From an uncultured delta proteobacterium (lineage in GTDB: Bacteria > Desulfobacterota > Desulfuromonadia > Desulfuromonadales > BM103), in assembly GCA_963715335.1 (NCBI GenBank), contig CAVQRZ010000014.1, forward strand, positions 1 to 64,000: 64,000 bases of DNA, given 5' to 3'. The position numbers were made by a program, and so were the translations under genes. Positions 32,290 to 46,106 of this stretch are shown here, piece after piece; position 1 is the first letter of the stretch; the number at the start of each line of letters is the position of its first letter. The notes under the pieces are model-generated. The model had not been told where the DNA came from. It worked only from the letters and a program-made list of their open reading frames with translations, and did not search any database.

Positions 32290-32559
32290 ATCAAAGACAA
32301 AACCGGCGGGTCGCGTCCCGCCCGACGCCATACTTTTGTCCGGCAACAAAAGTATGCAAAAGTGCCTTCTCCTTGCGGAGGGCATCTCCTTGGCCGGATG
32401 TCTGTGACTTCAAGAACCTGTACTGATGGGGATCCGGCCCTGTGTCAAAGGGCCTGACCTTTTTGTTTAATTTACCAGGGAAAAGCTAAAACAACCCCTA
32501 CCGACGCAAACCTCCACGAAAGGAGAGGCTCTCACGAGCCTCGGCTCCTTCGGGGGGAG
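32290..32559 (-). repeat. Large palindromic dispersed element, copy 4 (truncated, inverted)
   Basis: Reverse complement of the right arm and centre of copies 2, 3 and 5; breaks off near 32559. Confidence 0.9.
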
Positions 32560-32712
32560 TAACCCCCGGATTTTTCTTTTGCTTTTGATGAGATAAGTAA
32601 CATCTGTTGAAAGGAATAGGCTTATTCCATGCAGTTTAACACCTACTCTTCTCCAACTCTTTAAACGAAGATTAATATGATTACTTTGCCTCCGCATCAA
32701 CACATCGAAGTC

Positions 32713-32741
32713 TTGACAGGGAAAGGCCTGCAAGCTAAGAT
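32713..32741 (+). promoter_or_regulatory. Candidate sigma70 promoter for glyQS
   Basis: TTGACA-N17-TAAGAT. Confidence 0.5.
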
Positions 32742-32910
32742 GCCAAGCCTGTTTGGCCGCAAATTGTATACTGTATACGTTTTCAGGCTCCCTGAAAGAG
32801 CTTAATGCAGGATAAAATGTGTGAGTTGGTGAGATAGAAAGATCACGAGAGAATCGTTCAAACGATACGCTCTCTGCATGGCACTCTCAGCAACTCACTT
32901 TGGAGGATGT

Positions 32911-33777
<867 letters not shown>

Positions 33778-33780
<3 letters not shown>

Positions 33781-33939
33781 GGCGCGTAGTGCGTGGCGAG
33801 AAAAACAGAACAATACTTTAACGCAAAGACGCTAAAGAGAAAGCAAGACGTAAAGATTGATTCTATAGGGCTAAACTTAAAAATTGTCTTTCTTGGCCTT
33901 CCTTTGCGTCTTGAGTGAGCAAAGCGAACGGGCGTTAAA
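33778..33939. repeat. Heptamer array plus ACGCAAAG-type inverted element between glyQ and glyS
   Basis: gtgaggc gcgtagt gcgtggc, then tttaacgcaaagacgc (33817) ... ctttgcgtc...gcgttaaa (33939). Confidence 0.75.
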
Positions 33940-33965
33940 ATAGCTTTCATAAAACGGAGCAATAA

Positions 33966-36032
33966 ATGGCTAAGGAAATTTTCCTTGAAATAGGGACCGA
34001 AGAGATTCCAGCCGGTTTTCTGCCGAAGGCGATGGCGGACCTGGAGCGGATGATCCGCAAGGGACTGGACACGGCGCGACTCGAGTACGGCGAGGTGAAA
34101 ACCTTCGCCACGCCCCGTCGCCTGGCCTTGTCGGTCAGCGATGTTGCCGAAGACCAGCCGACCCTGCGCACCGAAGCGATGGGGCCTGCCAAGCAGATTG
34201 CCTTTGATGCCGACGGCAATCCGACCAAGGCGGCGATCGGCTTTGCCCGCGGCCAGGGTGTTGACGTCGCGGCACTGAAAACCATCAAGACCGACAAGGG
34301 CGAATATCTCTTCCTCGAGAAGGAAGAGCCGGGTCGGCCGACGGCGGAACTGCTCAAAGAGGTCCTGCCAAGACTGGTGGCCGGTCTGTCGTTCAAGAAG
34401 TCGATGCGCTGGGAAAACCAGGAGGTCCGTTTTGCCCGGCCGATGCACTGGATCGTCGCCCTGTATGGCGGTGACGTGATCCCCTTCGTCCACGGCAACC
34501 TGACCAGCGGCAACCTGTCGCGCGGCCACCGTTTCATGGCTCCCGGTGAGTTTGCCGTCACCGGCGTCGCCGATTGGCTGGAGGGCTGCCGCAAACATTT
34601 TGTCACAGCCGATCAAGAAGAGCGTAAGGCAACGATCCGTGAGCAGGTCGTCGCTTCCGGCAAGGCCGCCGGGGGCTCGACGGTTGTCGATGAGGGGCTG
34701 CTTGAAGAGGTGACCTATCTGCTCGAGGATCCGACGCCGTTGTGCGGGACCTTTGAGGAAAAATACCTGCAGCTGCCGCGTGAGCTGCTGGTGACCTCGA
34801 TGAAGGAACACCAGCGTTATTTCACGGTGGAAGATGCCAGCGGCAAGCTGCTCAACAAGTTCATTACCGTATCGAATACCCGTCCTGCGGACGAGCAGGT
34901 TGTTATCAAGGGCAACGAGAAGGTTATCCGCGCCCGCCTTGCCGATGCCATGTTCTTCTGGGAGGAAGACCAGAAGGTCAAGCTGGAAGGCAACCTGGAA
35001 ACGCTGAAGAACGTCATCTACCAGGCCAGGCTCGGCTCAAGCTTTGAAAAAGTTGAGCGTTTTACGCAGATCGCCAGAGGGCTGGCCGAGCGTTTCGAAC
35101 CGGCGGCCGTCGCCCTGACCGAACGGGCGGCAAGGCTCGCCAAGTGTGACCTGGAGACCAAGATGGTCTACGAATTCCCCGAACTGCAGGGGATCATGGG
35201 TCGCGAGTATTCGCGCATCGAGGGCGAGGACCCACGCATCTCGACTGCGATCTTTGAACACTACCTGCCCACCGAGGCGGGCGGTACCCTGCCGTCGGAC
35301 AACATCGGCGCCTTTGTCTCAATCGCTGACAAGATCGATACGATCTGCGGCTGTTTCGGCGTCGGCCTGATCCCGACCGGTTCGGCAGACCCCTACGCGC
35401 TGCGTCGTAGCGCTATCGGCGTCCTCAATATCATTCTCGATCGCGGCTACCAGGTCAGCATTCCCGAACTGGTTGAACAGAGCCTCCGTCAGCTCGAGGC
35501 GAAACTGTCCCGGCCGCGTGCCGAAGTACAGGTTGACGTGGTGGAATTTATCCGTCTGCGTCTGGCCAATATGCTGACCGGTCGTGACATTGCGACGGAC
35601 GTGGTTGATGCGGTGCTGACTGCGCGGTTTGATGAGCCCGGCGACGCGGTCGCGCGCGTCGAGGCGCTGGCTGCCCTCAAGGGTGCCGCGAATTTCGAGC
35701 CGCTGGCGATTGCTTTCAAGCGGGTCGGCAACATCATCAAGGGAGGTGTCGATAACTCTGTCCAGGTTGAGCTCTTCGAGGCCGACTGTGAACGGGCCCT
35801 GTCAGACGCCATCGGGTCAGCTCGTCAGGCGGTCGCCGACCAGGTTGGCCGGGGAGATTATGCTGCTGCATTGCAGACGATCGCCAAGCTGCGTGAGCCG
35901 GTCGATGCCTTCTTCGACGGGGTCATGGTGATGGCCGAGGACGACCGGATAAAAGCCAACCGGCTGGCCCTGCTGACCCAGGTCGCAGCGCTGTTCGCCG
36001 ACATTGCAGACTTTACACGGGTCGCCGCTTAG
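33966..36032 (+). CDS. glyS: Glycine-tRNA ligase beta subunit
   Basis: EIGTEE.P, TPRRL, M..HQRYF, EFPELQG.MG, DPYALRR and NRL.LL. Confidence 0.96.
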   Translation: MAKEIFLEIGTEEIPAGFLPKAMADLERMIRKGLDTARLEYGEVKTFATPRRLALSVSDVAEDQPTLRTEAMGPAKQIAFDADGNPTKAAIGFARGQGVDVAALKTIKTDKGEYLFLEKEEPGRPTAELLKEVLPRLVAGLSFKKSMRWENQEVRFARPMHWIVALYGGDVIPFVHGNLTSGNLSRGHRFMAPGEFAVTGVADWLEGCRKHFVTADQEERKATIREQVVASGKAAGGSTVVDEGLLEEVTYLLEDPTPLCGTFEEKYLQLPRELLVTSMKEHQRYFTVEDASGKLLNKFITVSNTRPADEQVVIKGNEKVIRARLADAMFFWEEDQKVKLEGNLETLKNVIYQARLGSSFEKVERFTQIARGLAERFEPAAVALTERAARLAKCDLETKMVYEFPELQGIMGREYSRIEGEDPRISTAIFEHYLPTEAGGTLPSDNIGAFVSIADKIDTICGCFGVGLIPTGSADPYALRRSAIGVLNIILDRGYQVSIPELVEQSLRQLEAKLSRPRAEVQVDVVEFIRLRLANMLTGRDIATDVVDAVLTARFDEPGDAVARVEALAALKGAANFEPLAIAFKRVGNIIKGGVDNSVQVELFEADCERALSDAIGSARQAVADQVGRGDYAAALQTIAKLREPVDAFFDGVMVMAEDDRIKANRLALLTQVAALFADIADFTRVAA

Positions 36033-36234
36033 GAAACTAAGCGGCGGTTTTATTTTGGCTGAAAAGTCCCGGCTATTTTTTCCGGTGGACTATAAAAATG
36101 CTGATTTTTGTGTAACGGTACAGAGTGAAAGGTGACAAATCGTTTGCGGGCTTCTTGTCATTGATTTATCCCTTTTTACGTTAAACTTTTACCAAATTGG
36201 ACCAAATACCAATCTCAACGGGGAGGAAGTAACA

Positions 36235-38895
<2,661 letters not shown>

Positions 38896-38900
38896 ACAAC

Positions 38901-39854
38901 GTGAAGATCGTTGTCCTTGACGGGTATGCGACGAACCCGGGAGACCTTTCCTGGGACGGCTTGGCCGAGTTCGGCGAACTGACGGTTTATGATCGCACCC
39001 CTGCCGAATTGACTGCCGAACGCGCCGCCGGTGCCGAAGCCCTGATTACCAACAAGGTGTTCATCGGTGCCAACGAAATGGCTGCCCTGCCGGGGTTGGC
39101 CTATATCGGAATCCAGGCCACGGGCGTCAATGTCGTTGACCTGGGCGCCGCACGACAGCATGGGGTTGCCGTCGCCAACGTTCCCGCCTACAGTACCGCC
39201 TCCGTTGCCCAGCACGTGTTTGCCTTGTTGCTGGAACTGGTTCGCGGCGTCGGTCGGCACAACGAGCGGGTCAGGCAGGGCGCCTGGAGCAGCTGCCCTG
39301 ACTTTGCTTTCCAGGAAACCCCCCAGGTCGAATTGGCAGGCAAGGTGTTCGGGATCGTCGGTTTTGGCGATATCGGCCAGGCCACGGCAAAGATTGCCGA
39401 GGCTTTCGGCATGCGCGTCCTGGTCCACACCCGTACCCCCGATCCGCAAACCTTCCCGGAGATACAGTATGTCGGGCTGAACCAGCTATTGGCCGAGGCC
39501 GATGTGGTCAGCCTGAGCTGCCCCCTTACAGCTGACACCGAAAAACTGATTAATGCCGAACGTCTTGCCAGGATGAAGGCGTCGGCCTATCTGATCAACA
39601 CCGGTCGCGGTTTGCTGGTGGACGAAGCTGCGCTGGCCTATGCGCTGCGCAACGGTGAGATTGCCGGCGCCGGCCTCGATGTCCTGTCCCAGGAACCACC
39701 GCCTGCGGATAACCCCCTGCTTGGTGCACCGCACTGTTTCATCACCCCTCACCTGGCCTGGGCAACCAGGGCTGCAAGACAGAGACTGATTGATGAAATC
39801 GTTGCGAATCTCAGAGCTTTTCTGGCCGGAAAATCGCGGAATCGGGTTGATTAA
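38901..39854 (+). CDS. D-2-hydroxyacid dehydrogenase (glycerate dehydrogenase-like)
   Basis: G.G.IG, INT.RG, LDVL..EP and TPH.AW. Confidence 0.88.
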   Translation: MKIVVLDGYATNPGDLSWDGLAEFGELTVYDRTPAELTAERAAGAEALITNKVFIGANEMAALPGLAYIGIQATGVNVVDLGAARQHGVAVANVPAYSTASVAQHVFALLLELVRGVGRHNERVRQGAWSSCPDFAFQETPQVELAGKVFGIVGFGDIGQATAKIAEAFGMRVLVHTRTPDPQTFPEIQYVGLNQLLAEADVVSLSCPLTADTEKLINAERLARMKASAYLINTGRGLLVDEAALAYALRNGEIAGAGLDVLSQEPPPADNPLLGAPHCFITPHLAWATRAARQRLIDEIVANLRAFLAGKSRNRVD

Positions 39855-40030
39855 AACCGGTTTGCGGTTCGCGGGACGAGGAACGCGAAAAGCGAAAAGC
39901 TTTAACGCAAAGACGCAAAGGGTAATAAAGAGGTTGCATAGATACGAACGACTCAAGACGACAGGGTTCCCCTTTGCGTCTGTCGAGTTATCTTTCTTTC
40001 TCTCTGCATTGATCAATGCTTTGTTTCTGA

Positions 40031-40723
40031 ATGGAATTCTCAAACCTGCACTCCTGGGATTTAAACCCTCAAGAAGCCATTGTCCTGCAGAAGGAATTGG
40101 CCGGCCAGGTTCTGCTCGAAAACACCCTTGCTCATGGTCCTGGGACGGTTGCCGGAGTTGATGTCTCCTATAAAAAGCGGGGACGCCTTTTACATGCCGC
40201 TATCGTTGTTCTGGACTACGAATCTTTGGAAATTATGGAGTCGGTTACGGCCAGTGGTGAAGTTCTCTTCCCCTATGTGCCGGGGCTGTTGTCTTTCCGT
40301 GAATTGCCAATTCTGCTGCAAGCCTTTGGAAAGTTACAGACGCGTCCAGACGTCATCCTGGCCGATGCGCAAGGGATTGCCCATCCGCGCAGGCTCGGTC
40401 TTGCCAGTCACCTTGGCCTCTGGCTTGGGTTGCCGACGATCGGATGTGCGAAAAGCCGGCTTTGTGGTGTCCATGGGGAACCAAGGTTGATAAAAGGTGA
40501 GTGGGCCGAACTTGTCGATGATGGCGCGAGTGTTGGCCGGGTTGTATGCACCAAGGACAGAGTCAAGCCGCTTTATATCTCGCCCGGACACAAAATCAAT
40601 GCACATCTCTCGGCTGAGATTGTTTTGCAATGCTGCCGGGGGTATCGTCTTCCTGACCCTACCCGTCAGGCCCACCTGTTGAGCAACAGGGCCAGGTCAG
40701 AGTATCAAGCGCGCGGCGGGTAA
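40031..40723 (+). CDS. nfi: Endonuclease V
   Basis: GVDVS, FPYVPGLLSFRE, GIAHPR..GLA.H, GCAKS and LP.P.R.A. Confidence 0.93.
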   Translation: MEFSNLHSWDLNPQEAIVLQKELAGQVLLENTLAHGPGTVAGVDVSYKKRGRLLHAAIVVLDYESLEIMESVTASGEVLFPYVPGLLSFRELPILLQAFGKLQTRPDVILADAQGIAHPRRLGLASHLGLWLGLPTIGCAKSRLCGVHGEPRLIKGEWAELVDDGASVGRVVCTKDRVKPLYISPGHKINAHLSAEIVLQCCRGYRLPDPTRQAHLLSNRARSEYQARGG

Positions 40724-40743
40724 CGCGTGGTGCGGCACCTTTG

Positions 40744-41395
40744 TCAGGCAACAGTAACATTCAAAGTACCGACTCGTTCAACCGTCGCCTCTAGCCTGTC
40801 GCCACTCACAATCCTGCCGACGCCTGAAGGTGTGCCGGTCAGCAGGACGTCCCCTTCTTCAAGGGTAAAATACGTTGAGGCAGCGGCAATCAATTCCGCG
40901 ACCGAACGCATCATGTCTCCAGTGTTGCCGTTCTGGCGCAGCTCACCGTTGATGGCCAACTTGATCTGCAGGTTTTGCGGATCACCAATCTGGTCTGCGG
41001 GCACGAAGGCTGAGAGCGGGCAAGCTGTGTCGAAGGCCTTGGCGATCTCCCAGGGCAGGCCTTTTTCTTTCTGGGTGCTCTGGATGTCGCGCAGGGTCAG
41101 GTCCAGGGCAACGGCATATCCCGTCACGTGGTCCAGGGCGTCGTTCGCATCGATGTTTTTGGCCTCGGCGCCGATCAGGACGGCAAGCTCGACCTCGTGA
41201 TGGCAATCTTTCGAATGGGGCGGGATGACGACCGTTCCGCCCTCGGCGATAATCGAACTGGCCGGCTTGATGAAGATCACCGGCTTGTCGGGAATCCTGG
41301 TTGCCGAGTTCCTTGATGTGCTCGATGTAATTGCGACCGATGCAGACGATCTTGCCAACCGGAATATTCTTGTTGCCGAGTTTTACGGTGTGCAT
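40744..41395 (-). pseudogene. Fumarylacetoacetate hydrolase family protein with a +1 frameshift near 41296 (probably a sequencing error)
   Basis: GKIVCIGRNY.EH..EL from ATG 41395; P.IF.KP, HHEVEL, D.T.RD and TGTP.GVG lie in the next frame. Confidence 0.88.
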
Positions 41396-41573
41396 ATTGA
41401 TCTCCGGGAAAACCTTGGATTGAAGAACTTTATAAAATTTAACGCAAAGACGCAAAGCTGCAAAGAGAAACCGTATCAAAATAAGGTTGATGGTGAATAA
41501 TGTGAATGTCAATCCAGCTTCATACTGCTATATTTAAAGCACCGGATAAATCGACAACAGCAAGAGAAGCTCC

Positions 41574-42749
41574 ATGTTCCTGCCGATCGGCGATGTGCCA
41601 AACCCCAAAACGACCCCCTATGTCAACTGGCTGTTGATCGGGATCAACATTGCCGTGTTCATCGTCGTCACGATGCCACTGAGTGCGGCCCGTCCGGCGC
41701 TTGATGATCCGGCTCTGCTCGACTATTTGAAACTGATCGGGGCGCAGGGGGATTGGCCGGCGCCGCTGATTTACCAGCATGTCTCGGCTTACGACCTGGT
41801 GGTGTTCAAGTACGGCTTCAGGCCAGCCGAATTTTCACTGATGAGCATGTTCACGGCGATGTTCATGCATGGCGGGTGGATGCACCTGGCCGGCAACATG
41901 CTGTTTTTGTGGATTTATGGCGACAATGTCGAGCATCGACTCGGACATGTTGGCTACCTGGTCTCTTATCTTGCCGCCGGGCTTGCCGCGACGCTTTTTT
42001 TCGCCATGTTCGTGCCCAACTCGCAGATCCCGATGCTTGGAGCGTCAGGGGCCATTTCCGGGGTCCTCGGCTTTTATTTCCTCTGGTTTCCGCGCAACCA
42101 GATCAAGGTATTCGTCTTTCTCTTCCCCCTGATTATGACTACCCTGTTGATCCCGTCGCGCATCGTCCTCGGGGTTTACCTGGTAATCGACAATCTCCTG
42201 CCTTTTATGATGAAATCCGCGGAAGGCAGCGGGATCGCCCACGGTGCGCACATCGGCGGGTTCCTGGCCGGCCTCGGGCTGGCCATGGCAATCGATCGCC
42301 TGCCGGGGGTGTTGAGGGTGAAAAGGGCTGTTCCGAAGCCAAGCCGCAAACCGGCCAACCATGTGGATGCCGTGACAGATATCGTCCGCTCGATCGACCG
42401 TGACGACCTGTCGCATGCGGTGTCGCGGTATGCAGAACTGGAAAGTCGCGCGCAACGCGGTCGGCTCACGACACCCCATCTTCTTGCGATCGGTGATTAC
42501 CTGCTGGCCAGTGAAGAGCCGGACGAGGCGCTGACGGTCTACCGGAGACTGATCGCCGAACGGCCCGGAGACCTGAGCCTTGACCAGGCCTACCTGGGGG
42601 CAGGACGCGCCATGCTGCGCAAGGACCGTTGTGAGACGGCGGCCTGGCATTACCTGGTCGCCGCCGTCGATCTCGCACAGTCAACGGAAGTTGCCGATGC
42701 TGCTAAGCGCTACATGAAGATGATTGAGGAGCCGGGGGATGGTGGCTAG
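41574..42749 (+). CDS. Rhomboid family intramembrane serine protease with a TPR-like C-terminus
   Basis: H.G..H..GNM, GASGA and AH.GG; helical soluble tail. Confidence 0.88.
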   Translation: MFLPIGDVPNPKTTPYVNWLLIGINIAVFIVVTMPLSAARPALDDPALLDYLKLIGAQGDWPAPLIYQHVSAYDLVVFKYGFRPAEFSLMSMFTAMFMHGGWMHLAGNMLFLWIYGDNVEHRLGHVGYLVSYLAAGLAATLFFAMFVPNSQIPMLGASGAISGVLGFYFLWFPRNQIKVFVFLFPLIMTTLLIPSRIVLGVYLVIDNLLPFMMKSAEGSGIAHGAHIGGFLAGLGLAMAIDRLPGVLRVKRAVPKPSRKPANHVDAVTDIVRSIDRDDLSHAVSRYAELESRAQRGRLTTPHLLAIGDYLLASEEPDEALTVYRRLIAERPGDLSLDQAYLGAGRAMLRKDRCETAAWHYLVAAVDLAQSTEVADAAKRYMKMIEEPGDGG

Positions 42750-42866
42750 GGGCTGGAGACTGGTCATCCAGACCTGAAGCCATGCTTGCATAGCGTTAGC
42801 AAACAAAACACAAATTTGCGGGAAGGACTCGGTTTGACTGTCCCCGAGCCCCCGCCAACGGAATCT

Positions 42867-43742
42867 ATGTACGATTACCCTCTGTATCGCCCGCCGAGCG
42901 AGGCACGCAGCCAGATATTCCAGATCACCCTGGGCTGTTCGCAAAACCACTGCACTTTTTGTGGCATGTACAAGACCAAACATTTCAAGGTCCGACCTGT
43001 TGCGGACATCAGGGCTGAAATTTCAAGCATCCCTGCAGCACACAGACCGTACGTACAAAGAGTTTTCCTCGCCGACGGCGACGCCTTGATTTATCCCCAG
43101 GCAGGCCTTGTCGAGCTTCTCGATTCCCTTGCCGATCACTTTCCTAATCTCACCCGGGTCGGCATCTATGCCTCACCCAACAGTCTGAAAAGCAAGTCTG
43201 TTGCCGCATTGACCCTGTTGCGTGAAAAGAAGCTGCGAATCCTTTACTTCGGTTTGGAAAGTGGCGATGTGCCAACCCTGTCTGCCGTGCGCAAAGGGTT
43301 CACACCGGAAGAGATGATGGCCCTGTGTCGCAAAGCTCAACAGGCCGGGATGAAACTCTCGGTCACTGCAATTCTCGGCCTGGCCGGCCGGGAACGCAGC
43401 CGCGAGCATGCCCGGAGTACGGCTGAATGGATCACAGAGCTGTCGCCGGAATTCTTTTCGTTGCTGACCATGTTCCAGCGGCACAACGATGATTTCCTGC
43501 GCTCAATCACCCTGCAGACCAATGGCGGAATTCTTGAAGAAGCCCTCGAGATTGTCCGTCACCTTGCCCCGCAGAAAACCATTCTGCGCTCCAATCATGT
43601 TTCAAATATCCTGCACCTGGAGGGTTCCTATCCGAAAGACCGTGAGAGGATTATAGCGCAGGCGGAACAGGCGCTGGCCCAAGCAAGGCAGCACCCGGGA
43701 TGGTTTAATGATGTCCCTGATTATTCGGAAGATAATTTTTGA
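42867..43742 (+). CDS. Radical SAM protein of unknown function
   Basis: YRPPSEA, GCSQNHCTFC.MY, FLADGDA and G.ESG; start moved to ATG 42867. Confidence 0.82.
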   Translation: MYDYPLYRPPSEARSQIFQITLGCSQNHCTFCGMYKTKHFKVRPVADIRAEISSIPAAHRPYVQRVFLADGDALIYPQAGLVELLDSLADHFPNLTRVGIYASPNSLKSKSVAALTLLREKKLRILYFGLESGDVPTLSAVRKGFTPEEMMALCRKAQQAGMKLSVTAILGLAGRERSREHARSTAEWITELSPEFFSLLTMFQRHNDDFLRSITLQTNGGILEEALEIVRHLAPQKTILRSNHVSNILHLEGSYPKDRERIIAQAEQALAQARQHPGWFNDVPDYSEDNF

Positions 43743-43764
43743 GACGGGATTGGTCCTGGATTTC

Positions 43765-44244
43765 GGGCAACAGATGGTTCATCTGTTGCCCTTTGCCGTT
43801 GTTCTTTGGAATTCAAAGATAAAAGCAAAACCCGGGGGTCGCGCCCCCCGACTGCGCCTTACTCTTTTGCTGGCCCAAAAGAGTAAGCAGAAAAAGGCCT
43901 GCGCTGCGCTGGGCATGTCTGGTGCGTCAGTGCGGCAACCTCAACCCGGATCGTTCTAAACGATCAAGAGTCTACGCTTCCCCCGCAGGAGCCGAGGCTC
44001 TTGAGAGCCTCTCCTGCTGTGGAGGCTTGCGTCGGTCGAGGTTGTTTTGGCTTTTCCCTGGCAAATCACACGGCAAGGTCAGGCCCTTTGACACAGGGCC
44101 GGATCCCCACAGTAAAGGTTTTTGAAGTCACAGAGATCCGGCAGAGGAGATGCCCTCCGCAAGGAGAAGGCATTTTTGCATACTTTTGTTGCCGGACAAA
44201 AGTATGGCGTCTGGCGGGACGCGACCCGCCGGTTTTTCTTTTAA
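43765..44244 (+). repeat. Large palindromic dispersed element, copy 5
   Basis: Starts gggcaacagatggttcatctgttgccc; colinear with copies 2 and 3; right terminal hairpin missing. Confidence 0.92.
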
Positions 44245-44269
44245 CTGTAGGTTTTCAACTTTTTGGTAA

Positions 44270-46039
44270 TTAAAAAGGAAAAAGCAGAGGGATCAGCAAA
44301 GTCGCAATGATCCAGACCATGATATTCAGGGGCGCACCAACCCTGGTGTAATCAAGGAACTTGTAACCCCCGGGCCCCATGACCAGGGCGTTTGACTGGT
44401 GGCTGATCGGGGTCATGAAGCACATCGAGGCGGCGACGGCGACAGCCATGAAGAAGGGGCGCGGCGACACGGCGAGTTCAACCGCCGTGTTGTAGGCGAT
44501 CGGTGCGACCAGCACCGCCGCCGCGGCGTGGCTCATCACTTCGGTGAGACAGAAAGTGATCAGGAAAACCGCACCCAGAACGATCAATGGCCCGTATGCG
44601 CCGACCCCTTCGATGATCAGATGGGCCAGAAGTTCTGCGGCGCCGCTGTTCTGCATAGCATGGCCGAGCGGCAGGGTGCCGGCGATCAGGACGATGATCG
44701 GCCAGTCGATGCCGTCGTAGGCCTCTTTGACCGTCAGGCATCGCAAAAGAATCATGATCAGGGCGCCGAAGGTGGCTGCCACCATGATCGGCGCCGCTCC
44801 CGTGACGGTCAGCAGGATCACGCCAAGGATGGTGCCCACGGCGATGGGAGCCCTTCGTGGGCGATATGGGACGGGATCAACACCACCTAAAACGAGGAAG
44901 CCGTGTCCCTTGGCCAGGTGCCTGACTTTTTCTTCCGGCCCCTGCAGCAACAGTACGTCGCCAAACTGCAGAATCACGTGTTCAACCTTGCGTACCACCG
45001 GTGCGCCGCTGCGCCAGATAGCCAAGACTGTCAAGCCGTGGGTGCTGGAAAAACGTTCCTGGCTCAGGGTCTTGCCGACTATGTCGCTGGTTGGATCGAG
45101 TGAAGCTTCGACGACCACAAAATTTTCATCCGCGGTCCCGGGGATGGGATTGTCCCGTTCCGGGACGACAAGCAGCCCTTTTTCCTTCCTGACTTTAAGA
45201 ATCCCTTCCGGATCCCCTTCCAGAAAAAGGACGTCTCCTACGCGAAGTTTCCGATTGCGTTTCGGCCGTGGATATCTTCTCCCCTTGCGCAGGAGGGCAC
45301 GCACTTTCATGTTGAACTCCCGCTCCAGCTTGCTCTGGCTGATCGTCTGGCCGTCCAGCGGGGACCCTTCGAGGATCTCTATTTCTGTGATGTATTCCTT
45401 GACCTGGTAGGCCTCGGTCAAGGTGCCCGATTTTCGTTCCGGCAGGAGCTTCTGGCCGAAGCAGGCCATGTAGCTGATGCCGCAGGCGAGCAGGACCAGC
45501 CCCAGTGGAGTAAAGGAAAACATCTGGAACCCTTCGCCGGTATATTCCAGAAGGAGTTCATTGATCAGGATATTGGGGGGGGTGCCGATCAGAGTGCAGA
45601 CGCCGCCGAGGAGTGAACCGAAGGCCAGCGGGATAAGCAGTTTACTGGCCGGGCGCTTGGTTCTTCGGGCAACCATGATAACGACCGGCATCAGGACCGC
45701 GGTTGCACCGATGTTGTTGATGAATGCCGAAAAGAGAGCCACCGTACCCATGATCGAGGCGATCATCAGCGTCTGGTTGTGACCTGTCCGGTCGATCAGT
45801 TGCTCGCCGAACTTGGCAATCGCACCAGTATGGGAAATGCCCGTACCGAGGACGAACATGGCAGCGACTGTGATGACCGCCGGATTGCTGAATCCGGAAA
45901 ACGCTTCTTCCGGTGTGACCAGCCCGGTCAGAGCCAAGGCCAGCAGGACCATCAGGCTGACGACATCCATGCGCAGCCATTCCGTGGCAAAGAGGATAAT
46001 GGCGAACAGCAGGATGCTAAGGGTGAGGGCAATGTCCAT
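44270..46039 (-). CDS. SLC13/DASS-type permease with two TrkA-C domains
   Basis: FSGF.NPAV, SAF.NN, TLIGT.PN, two RCK-C repeats and GGY.F.DY...G. Confidence 0.87.
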   Translation of the reverse strand: MDIALTLSILLFAIILFATEWLRMDVVSLMVLLALALTGLVTPEEAFSGFSNPAVITVAAMFVLGTGISHTGAIAKFGEQLIDRTGHNQTLMIASIMGTVALFSAFINNIGATAVLMPVVIMVARRTKRPASKLLIPLAFGSLLGGVCTLIGTPPNILINELLLEYTGEGFQMFSFTPLGLVLLACGISYMACFGQKLLPERKSGTLTEAYQVKEYITEIEILEGSPLDGQTISQSKLEREFNMKVRALLRKGRRYPRPKRNRKLRVGDVLFLEGDPEGILKVRKEKGLLVVPERDNPIPGTADENFVVVEASLDPTSDIVGKTLSQERFSSTHGLTVLAIWRSGAPVVRKVEHVILQFGDVLLLQGPEEKVRHLAKGHGFLVLGGVDPVPYRPRRAPIAVGTILGVILLTVTGAAPIMVAATFGALIMILLRCLTVKEAYDGIDWPIIVLIAGTLPLGHAMQNSGAAELLAHLIIEGVGAYGPLIVLGAVFLITFCLTEVMSHAAAAVLVAPIAYNTAVELAVSPRPFFMAVAVAASMCFMTPISHQSNALVMGPGGYKFLDYTRVGAPLNIMVWIIATLLIPLLFPF

Positions 46040-46106
46040 GTATGGCCTGGTAATGATTCCAGCAGTTTAGATTGTCATTACCATTCTACTGGAGATCGGG
46101 CCAAGC

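Noticed and set aside
32742..32910. T-box leader for glyQS and a GntR-like site ttgtatactgtatac (32764)
   Set aside because: No T-box consensus; the short palindrome has no cognate regulator nearby and could be chance
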